A DNA stretch of 28,046 nucleotides, taken from IMG/VR virus record IMGVR_UViG_3300032305_000514, positions 1 to 28,046 of that record. One strand, 5' to 3'. The notes beneath the pieces were generated by a model, which saw nothing but the letters and a program-made list of their open reading frames with translations, was not told where the DNA came from and made no database searches. Below are positions 1 through 6,310 of this stretch, piece after piece. Position numbers and translations under genes: made by a program. Position 1 is the stretch's first letter, and each line of letters begins with the position of its first letter. Source of the stretch: a virus (taxonomy: Duplodnaviria; Caudoviricetes).

Positions 1-1
1 A

Positions 2-427
2 GAAGCAGTAGCAGAAGACGTTCCTGCCGAGACTCTGGAAAAAGCAGCCGAAGTATCAGAAGATAAGGTTGATGAACCTGATTTTGCGAAGATGTTAGGC
101 GATCTAAAAGGCTTTTTCTCAGAAACTCTAAACAAGGCATCTGAAGCAAATGCAGCACAAGTAACAACAATCCAAGAGACTGTTGAAACTTTCAGCAAGA
201 GCGTAGATGCTAGAATTTCAGAGTTGGCAGAACAACACACAGCACTTTCAAGCGCTGTAAATAACATCAAGAACACGATTGATGGTGTACAAAAGCGTGT
301 CGACGCAGTAGAATCAGAGACTGCAATTAAGAAGTCTTCAGATCTTGGCCGATCAGAAGAAGTAACAATCAAAAAATCCAAATGGAACGGTTCTTTCCTC
401 GGTTCCGTGAACGAAATATTTAACTAA
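2..427 (+). CDS. Capsid scaffolding protein C-terminal part (possibly a prohead protease-scaffold fusion); 5' truncated
   Basis: The frame of ORF 92..427 is open from position 2 (EAVAEDVPAETLEKAAEVSEDKVDEPDFAKM...). It is acidic, Ala/Glu-rich, then coiled-coil-like, and lies immediately upstream of the capsid gene. Confidence 0.75.
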   Translation, partial: EAVAEDVPAETLEKAAEVSEDKVDEPDFAKMLGDLKGFFSETLNKASEANAAQVTTIQETVETFSKSVDARISELAEQHTALSSAVNNIKNTIDGVQKRVDAVESETAIKKSSDLGRSEEVTIKKSKWNGSFLGSVNEIFN

Positions 428-440
428 GGTAGGTATAAAA

Positions 441-1490
441 ATGAGCAATGAAACATTAGAAAAAGCAATTGCTTCTGGAACAACAGCAACAGCTGGCATG
501 AATGGTGGTTCTATCACAGGAACTGGCGTACACGTTGGCGCATCAGAAACTGGTGGACTGCTAAACCCAGAACAATCAGCTCGCTTCCTTGACTATATGT
601 TCGACGCAACCGTAATTGGCAAAGTCGCACGTACAGTTCGTATGAAGTCAGACACAGCCGAGATTGATCGTATGTCCGTTGGTGAGAAGCTTATGAAGCT
701 TGCAACCGAAGGAGATAATGACGCTACAAACAGTGGCGTAACTTTCTCAAAGATTTCTCTAACAACAAAGAAACTCCGCATGGACTGGGAGCTTTCAACT
801 GAGTCTCTAGAAGACAACATCGAAGGTGCAGATCTAGAAGATCACATTGCACGTTTGATGGCGACACAAGCAGGAAATGACATCGAAGATGTTATTCTTA
901 ACGGTGACACATCGCTTTCTTCAGACGCTCTTTACAAGTCATTTGATGGCGTTGTAAAGAAGGCAAAGGCATCAGGTCGCGTCGTAGACGCAGCTGGCGC
1001 TGAAGTTTCTCGTGAAGTATTCAACAAGGCACTTAAGGCTATGCCACGTAAGTACAAGCAACGTCGTGGAGACCTTCGCTTCCTTGCTGGATCAAACTTG
1101 ATTCAGGACTTCCTATACAAGAACAGTATTGGAACAAATCAGACAATTCCACAGGACATCGCTTCAAGCGTTATCCGTGGCGGAGTCGCACCACTAGGTG
1201 GACCTGCAGGATATGTGGCACCATTCGCATTCGGTATTCCGATTGTTGAAGTTCCACTTCTTTCAGAGACACAGACTGGTACACACTCAGGAGCTTCAGG
1301 TTCACACGGAGATATCCACTTGTCATTCCCAAATAACGTTGTTATTGGAATCAAGCGTGATGTAACTGTTTACCGTTTCTTCTGGCCACGTAAGGACTCA
1401 ATTGAGTACACAATGTATACTCGTGTTGGCGTCCAGATCGAACAAGCAGATGCTTGGGTTGTCGTAAAGAACGTTAAGGTTGCTTCTTAA
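441..1490 (+). CDS. Major capsid protein (HK97 fold)
   Basis: 349 aa with capsid-like motifs: GGLLNPEQSARF, ELSTESLEDNIEG, EDVILNGD, FGIPIVEVP and C-terminal YTRVGVQIEQADAWVVVKNV. SD-like AAGGTAGGT upstream and a strong terminator downstream. Confidence 0.93.
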   Translation: MSNETLEKAIASGTTATAGMNGGSITGTGVHVGASETGGLLNPEQSARFLDYMFDATVIGKVARTVRMKSDTAEIDRMSVGEKLMKLATEGDNDATNSGVTFSKISLTTKKLRMDWELSTESLEDNIEGADLEDHIARLMATQAGNDIEDVILNGDTSLSSDALYKSFDGVVKKAKASGRVVDAAGAEVSREVFNKALKAMPRKYKQRRGDLRFLAGSNLIQDFLYKNSIGTNQTIPQDIASSVIRGGVAPLGGPAGYVAPFAFGIPIVEVPLLSETQTGTHSGASGSHGDIHLSFPNNVVIGIKRDVTVYRFFWPRKDSIEYTMYTRVGVQIEQADAWVVVKNVKVAS

Positions 1491-1511
1491 TTAATTAAGA
1501 AATAGCCCCAG

Positions 1512-1547
1512 AAAGGCCCCCAATTAATTTTGGGGGCTTTTCATTTT
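1512..1547 (+). terminator. Rho-independent terminator after the capsid gene
   Basis: GCCCCCAA-ttaatt-TTGGGGGC stem-loop (1516-1537) followed by TTTTCATTTT. Confidence 0.88.
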
Positions 1548-1566
1548 AATTTAACAATGCTATAAT
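1538..1566 (+). promoter_or_regulatory. Sigma70-type extended -10 promoter
   Basis: TGcTATAAT at 1558-1566; weak -35 TTTTCA at 1538-1543 with a 17-bp spacer; SD AAAGGAG precedes ATG 1592. Confidence 0.65.
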
Positions 1567-1591
1567 TGAAGAACCTAACAAAGGAGAATAT

Positions 1592-1999
1592 ATGTCATTT
1601 GAGACATTGAAAGTAGCAGAACTCAGAAAAGTTGCAGAGGACTTTGCAGTTGACACTGATGGACTAAAGAACAAGGCCGATATTATTGCCACTCTTGCCG
1701 AAGAGGGAGTAACATGGTCTGTTTACCAAAAGACAATTAAAGACATTGAAAAGGCGGCAGACGAATTTGGCGATGATTCAGAAGAGATCCTTCCAAGATT
1801 CAATCCTAATGCTCAGCCTGAAGATACAGTTCTAGTTAGAATGACTAGAGAGAACTTTAGATATGATATTCTTGGTTTTACTTTTACAAAAGAGCATCCT
1901 TTTGTTGCAATGACAGAAGACAACGCTCAAGAAATTTTTGACAAGGAGGAAGGTTTCCGCTTAGCAACTCCGAAGGAAGTTCAGGAGTACTACGCTTAA
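1592..1999 (+). CDS. Head-module protein with N-terminal Rho-N/HeH-like helical domain
   Basis: N-terminus LKVAELRKVAEDFAV...KNKADIIATL fits the Rho-N/HeH/LEM-type pattern; located between the capsid and adaptor genes; good SD. Confidence 0.6.
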   Translation: MSFETLKVAELRKVAEDFAVDTDGLKNKADIIATLAEEGVTWSVYQKTIKDIEKAADEFGDDSEEILPRFNPNAQPEDTVLVRMTRENFRYDILGFTFTKEHPFVAMTEDNAQEIFDKEEGFRLATPKEVQEYYA

Positions 2000-2009
2000 C
2001 CTTTATTAA

Positions 2010-2990
2010 ATGGAAATTCTAGTAGATTCAAATTCACCAATAACGCACAAAGTATTTTGGCAGGGGCAGTTAACAGATGCAGATAGTTTGCCAGTTGTTA
2101 AAGTGTATGATATTACAGAAGATCCATCAATAACTCCAGCAATAAATCCAGGCGTATCTTTGTCCACACTTGTTCCAATTAAGTCAGAGACAGACGCTGG
2201 AACTTACAGCGTTTATTTGCCATTTGATTATAGCAATAGACAAAAGCAGTTAAGGGTAACTTGGACGTATACGGTAAATGGACAAGCAGCACAGAGAGAT
2301 CATAAAGTTTACATTCAGACTCCATATACAGATATAAGTCAAGCAATAGATGCCTTGGGTTTAGGATCAGATTATTCAGATCCTAATTCAAGGTCCTATG
2401 CAGAATTGTGTAATGCTGAAAGATATGCAAGAAAATTAATTGAATCTTACACAGATCAGAAATTTTATTTATATCATGATGTTAAAGTAGTTTACGGATC
2501 AGGCTCAGATACATTGCCATTGCCTGAAAAAATATCTGAACTTCATGAATTATATCAAAACGATATATTGCTTTTAGACAATGTTAACAATATAGATAAT
2601 TGGAACTACGACACAATAATTTCAGAAAGCGGATTTGGGATAAGAGTCAATAGAGCAAACATGCTAGACAATACTGTTTATACCGCAAACGGAATGGTTC
2701 CTCCAACAATTAATGACACATGGGGTGGATCTTTTGCACCAAACTCCGTATATCGTGTTCAAGGTAAATTTGGATGGGAGGAAGTCCCTGACGAAGTTGA
2801 GCTTGCATGTATTGAATTGATGAAAGACTATTTTTCAAAAGACAAAGTGTGGAGAAATAAGTACATGAAGTCTATTCAAACATTTGACTGGCAATTTGAA
2901 TATAACTTAGCCACTTATTCAGGTACTGGAAATCTTTATGCAGACCAGCTTCTGGCCCCATACGTTATAAATAAAATGGTTGTTATATAA
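2010..2990 (+). CDS. Head-tail adaptor (SPP1 gp15/HK97 gp6-like) with N-terminal beta-sandwich extension
   Basis: ARKLIESYTDQKF, GKFGWEEVPDEVELACIELMKD and ADQLLAPY are typical adaptor motifs; synteny fits. Confidence 0.75.
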   Translation: MEILVDSNSPITHKVFWQGQLTDADSLPVVKVYDITEDPSITPAINPGVSLSTLVPIKSETDAGTYSVYLPFDYSNRQKQLRVTWTYTVNGQAAQRDHKVYIQTPYTDISQAIDALGLGSDYSDPNSRSYAELCNAERYARKLIESYTDQKFYLYHDVKVVYGSGSDTLPLPEKISELHELYQNDILLLDNVNNIDNWNYDTIISESGFGIRVNRANMLDNTVYTANGMVPPTINDTWGGSFAPNSVYRVQGKFGWEEVPDEVELACIELMKDYFSKDKVWRNKYMKSIQTFDWQFEYNLATYSGTGNLYADQLLAPYVINKMVVI

Positions 2991-3418
2991 TGTATGATCT
3001 TGTCGACTCTATTATGCCTATGTTTATGGACGTCTACAAGCCATTTGACTCACAGGATCCAGACACTGGCGCAATAAAAAAAGAATGGCATTTTGACAGA
3101 ACCGTTCCATGCAGCGCAAAAGGAATTATTAGCAACTCGTCTTCAAGCAGAAGCGGAGACAAGCAAATAATGTCTAACAAGTATACTAATGATCAAATTC
3201 TGCAAATAAGAACATCAGGCAAAATAACTTTAAGAGAAAAGATTACAAACATTAGAGACTCTGAGGGAACAGTTATTTGGGAAGAGCTAAATTTTCCAAC
3301 TAACACACCCACAGTTTTTGAATTAATGGGAATAACCCCAATGACAGATCCGCTAGGTGGAGTAGTTGGATATAACTCTACAGTCAAGAGATCGGAGAAT
3401 CAGACAATTGGACAATAG
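2990..3418 (+). CDS. Head closure/stopper protein (SPP1 gp16-like)
   Basis: 142 aa, beta-rich, QDPDTGAIKKEW motif; coupled to the adaptor by a TAATG overlap; synteny fits. Confidence 0.6.
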   Translation: MYDLVDSIMPMFMDVYKPFDSQDPDTGAIKKEWHFDRTVPCSAKGIISNSSSSRSGDKQIMSNKYTNDQILQIRTSGKITLREKITNIRDSEGTVIWEELNFPTNTPTVFELMGITPMTDPLGGVVGYNSTVKRSENQTIGQ

Positions 3419-4190
3419 CTCACTATTAGTCACAGCAGCCAGCGGACTACAAAAAGGAATGTCTGGCACCAAGGGTACTATTTTGAAAGATAGCACCGTG
3501 GCACAAATATCTGCAGCAGTATACTATCATGCACAAGTAGTGTCTAAACTAACAACAAATAAAGCATTTGAAAAGAAATTTCAGTCAGTTATATTTAATC
3601 AAATAGAGCAAGACTTTGGACTATATGTAGATTCACAAGCAAGAATGAATCCAAAATCATTGCACCACGTATATGAGTGGAATAAAACAGGAAATAAAGG
3701 TGCCAGGCTGTTTAGCCTAAGCGTACTATCTTCCACTGGACTTTCATTTAAAATCACTTCTAAATTTTTACCATCTAAAGCATCAGTACCTAATAACTTT
3801 TCGAAAAGAAAACATGTATTTATAAATAAAGCTTCCGTGATGGAAGCTGGGATGCCCCTAACAATTCGTCCAAGGTCCGCAGAGCGCCTAGTATTTGAAA
3901 CTAGTACTGGAGTGGTATATATGCCTAAAGGGGCTTCAGTGACCGTTGCAAGGCCTGGTGGTGGCAAAGCAACTGGGAGATTCCAAATAGCCTATGCACA
4001 ATTTTTTACAGGCAATTTAGTAAATTTAGCAATAAAAAGATCAGGATTCCAACAACTATTTAATTCATCATTAACTAAAGCAATGAGAGTTCCACCAGAT
4101 GTCAGAAAAGTTAAATATTCATTTAATGCCAATACATTAAATATGCAGGCAGAGTCAGCAGTCGCTGCAGCATTTGGAGGTGTGGTATGA
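3408..4190 (+). CDS. Neck/tail completion protein (basic virion protein)
   Basis: The ORF track starts at 3366, but TTG at 3408 has an upstream GGAG (3394-3397) and only an 11-nt overlap with the previous gene. Motifs KASVMEAGMPLTIRPR and RLVF, and the position between stopper and terminator genes, fit HK97 gp10-like neck proteins. Confidence 0.55.
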   Translation: MDNSSLLVTAASGLQKGMSGTKGTILKDSTVAQISAAVYYHAQVVSKLTTNKAFEKKFQSVIFNQIEQDFGLYVDSQARMNPKSLHHVYEWNKTGNKGARLFSLSVLSSTGLSFKITSKFLPSKASVPNNFSKRKHVFINKASVMEAGMPLTIRPRSAERLVFETSTGVVYMPKGASVTVARPGGGKATGRFQIAYAQFFTGNLVNLAIKRSGFQQLFNSSLTKAMRVPPDVRKVKYSFNANTLNMQAESAVAAAFGGVV

Positions 4191-4699
4191 CCGTAGATTA
4201 TAAAGCAGACATTATGTTTGACCTAAGAAAGTACTTATGGGACCAATTAAAGTCTAATAGTATATTTGATTCAACAGACTACTACTCAGATAACCTGGGG
4301 CAAGAAATTGTTCCAATCATTCCAATTCAGCAGTCTCCTGAAATGAATCAGTTTTTGAGCGGAAAAAAGCACATCGTATACGATAAAATTGGAATGTCCT
4401 ACGAGGATAACTGGGCTATATGCTGTGAGCAGATATTGTTCACCATATACTCAACAGATGTTTCAGAGATTAACCAGATTAGAAACTTGATGACCGACCT
4501 ATTTAGAAGGATGGACGATTCTGCTAGAGATACAAATGCCCACTCTGGGATATCTCAGAAATTTAAATTCTTTAGCATATTTATTGCAGATATTTCTCCA
4601 ACAGCCCCTTCAGAAGAATTGGCAGGATTCCTGTCCTCAGATGTGATCCTTGAAGTAAAATACGCAAGATATCTAGACGCTGCGGGCAGATTCGCTTAA
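4187..4699 (+). CDS. Tail terminator protein (SPP1 gp17/lambda gpU-like)
   Basis: 170 aa, acidic, alpha/beta pattern (HIVYD...ILFTIYSTD...INQIRNLM); directly upstream of the major tail gene; ATGA overlap. Confidence 0.65.
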   Translation: MTVDYKADIMFDLRKYLWDQLKSNSIFDSTDYYSDNLGQEIVPIIPIQQSPEMNQFLSGKKHIVYDKIGMSYEDNWAICCEQILFTIYSTDVSEINQIRNLMTDLFRRMDDSARDTNAHSGISQKFKFFSIFIADISPTAPSEELAGFLSSDVILEVKYARYLDAAGRFA

Positions 4700-4700
4700 T

Positions 4701-4729
4701 TTGCCTTTGGGCGCATTATACTCTATTAT
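4701..4729 (+). promoter_or_regulatory. Putative sigma70-type promoter for the major tail gene
   Basis: TTGCCT (4701-4706), 17 bp, TATTAT (4724-4729); SD AGGAGG at 4802-4807. Confidence 0.5.
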
Positions 4730-4816
4730 TATACATAGAGGGAAGGGCCTAGCCAGCCAAGATTTAATGATTTACAATAATATATATATATTTTTATAAA
4801 TAGGAGGAAAATAACT

Positions 4817-5524
4817 ATGGCACAATCCGTAGGTAATGCTAAAAACATTCTCGTTGGTGCATCTCCATTGTTCTTGTCAACTATTGACGTTAACGATTCA
4901 GATTACGTACTAAACGCAGAAGCAGGTGTAGCAGTTGCTTCAGGTGCAGGCACAGTTGGTGTTCCAGCTTTTGCATCTGGAGTTTCATATACAAACACAC
5001 TAAATGCTGTCGAGCAGGAGGCTGGAAAGTTTGGATACCGTAACGTTGGTTTTACTAACAATGGTCTTCAAATCACATACAACCCAACATACGATTCAGT
5101 AACAGTAGATCAGCTACTCGATACAGCTAAGCTGTTCAAGTCTGCGATGGAAGTTATGATTGCAACAGAAATGTCAGAAGGTACACTCGAGAATATCGCA
5201 GCTGTATTTGGACAGGGTGCATCATCACTAACAACAACAGGAACTGGAGTAACAAAGAAGGATGTACTTGGTCTAGAGGCAGGTGCACTTGGTGCAGCTC
5301 CAACAGAGCGCCAGCTAATTGCAGTAGGTCTAGCCCCAACGGCTTCATCAACACAATCAGAGCGTGTATATTATGCACGTAGAGTTTTGTCTGTACAACA
5401 GTCACAATTCTCTCTTGCACGTACTACTCCAACCACATTCCCAGTGACTTTCCGTCTTCTACCAGATGCTAACTACTCTGGCTCAGAATACGGCAAGATT
5501 ATTGACCGTGTACTAGTAGCATAA
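4817..5524 (+). CDS. Major tail (tube) protein
   Basis: 235 aa; NILVGASPLF, VGFTNNGLQITYNPTYDSVTVDQ, TEMSEGTLENI and TTFPVTFRLLPD are typical of siphoviral tail tubes. Strong SD and a downstream terminator. Confidence 0.88.
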   Translation: MAQSVGNAKNILVGASPLFLSTIDVNDSDYVLNAEAGVAVASGAGTVGVPAFASGVSYTNTLNAVEQEAGKFGYRNVGFTNNGLQITYNPTYDSVTVDQLLDTAKLFKSAMEVMIATEMSEGTLENIAAVFGQGASSLTTTGTGVTKKDVLGLEAGALGAAPTERQLIAVGLAPTASSTQSERVYYARRVLSVQQSQFSLARTTPTTFPVTFRLLPDANYSGSEYGKIIDRVLVA

Positions 5525-5542
5525 TAAATTTAATTTATTAAT

Positions 5543-5575
5543 GAGAACCCCCAGGAAACTGGGGGTTTTCCATTT
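5543..5575 (+). terminator. Rho-independent terminator after the major tail gene
   Basis: GAGAACCCCCAG-GAAA-CTGGGGGTTTTC hairpin with a GNRA tetraloop and T-rich 3' side. Confidence 0.88.
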
Positions 5576-5602
5576 GTGTAGATAATGCCTATATGTTATA
5601 AT
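5574..5602 (+). promoter_or_regulatory. Sigma70-type promoter with extended -10
   Basis: TTGTGT (5574-5579), 17 bp, TATAAT (5597-5602), with TG at 5594-5595; SD AGGAGG before TTG 5632. Confidence 0.7.
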
Positions 5603-5631
5603 AATTAAGACTAGATCCTAGGAGGATTAAA

Positions 5632-5964
5632 TTGGCAACAACAGTATATAGTGTAGAAGAAGTAACACTTCAAAATGGCTCAACGGTTAAGTTGAAGCCC
5701 CTAAGTATCAAAGAACTAAGAAAGTTTATGATCGTGCTACAAGGAGCAGGTGAGTCAACTACAGAGGCACAAACTCTCAACGTACTAATTGACGCAGTTG
5801 CAGTAGCGCTTGAAAAACAACTACCAGAATTGGTAGCCGATAGAGATGCATTAGAAGATGCACTAGACGTTCCTACAATTAATCGCATACTTGAGGTATG
5901 TGGTGGGATTAAGATGGACGACCCAAACCTTCTAGCGGCAGCGGTTCTGGCTGGTCAGAACTAG
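5632..5964 (+). CDS. Tail assembly chaperone (lambda gpG-like), TTG start
   Basis: 110 aa between the tail tube and tape measure genes; VKLKPLSIKELRKF motif; carries a slippery site near its 3' end. Confidence 0.85.
   Translation: MATTVYSVEEVTLQNGSTVKLKPLSIKELRKFMIVLQGAGESTTEAQTLNVLIDAVAVALEKQLPELVADRDALEDALDVPTINRILEVCGGIKMDDPNLLAAAVLAGQN
5922..5928 (+). other. Programmed -1 ribosomal frameshift slippery heptamer C CCA AAC
   Basis: X XXY YYZ heptamer in the correct phase (gaC CCA AAC = D-P-N). The -1 frame is open from 5913 through to the stop at 6299. Confidence 0.85.
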
Positions 5965-6299
5965 ATTTAGCCGCTTTAGAGGGTGAAGTTTTTCTTCTGG
6001 GACACTGGAAGAATTACGAAGAACTAGAAGAAAGTCTTTCAATGCCAGAACTTATTCAAACGTTGAAGTCTTTTAAGAAGCAAAAGTCGGAAGACAGAAA
6101 GTTTACGGCAAGTCTTAAAGGAATAGATTTAGATGTAGATGAGGAAGACTCAGGAACACAAGGAAAAACTTTTGAAGATGTACAAAGACAAGCTCTTGGT
6201 ATAAATGCTTCAGGTGATGATGTAGTTTCCTTACAAGGAATCTTGGCGTCACAAGCAGGGTTTGGAATTGGGGCAGGTCTAGGCTATACAAAGGAGTAA
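5928..6299 (+). CDS. Frameshifted C-terminal part of the tail assembly chaperone (gpT-like); fusion 5632..5928 + 5928..6299 of about 222 aa
   Basis: The -1 frame reads PSSGSGSGWSELDLAALEGEVFLLGHWKNYEELEESLSMPELIQ... and includes track ORF 6042..6299, whose ATG lacks a clear SD. Confidence 0.82.
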   Translation, partial: PSSGSGSGWSELDLAALEGEVFLLGHWKNYEELEESLSMPELIQTLKSFKKQKSEDRKFTASLKGIDLDVDEEDSGTQGKTFEDVQRQALGINASGDDVVSLQGILASQAGFGIGAGLGYTKE

Positions 6300-6310
6300 C
6301 ATAAAGATAA

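Noticed and set aside
3366-3407. ORF-track start of the neck gene at 3366
   Set aside because: It gives a 53-nt overlap with the upstream gene; TTG at 3408 with an upstream GGAG is more plausible.
6042-6299. Stand-alone 85-aa gene
   Set aside because: Better explained as the -1 frameshift extension of the tail assembly chaperone.
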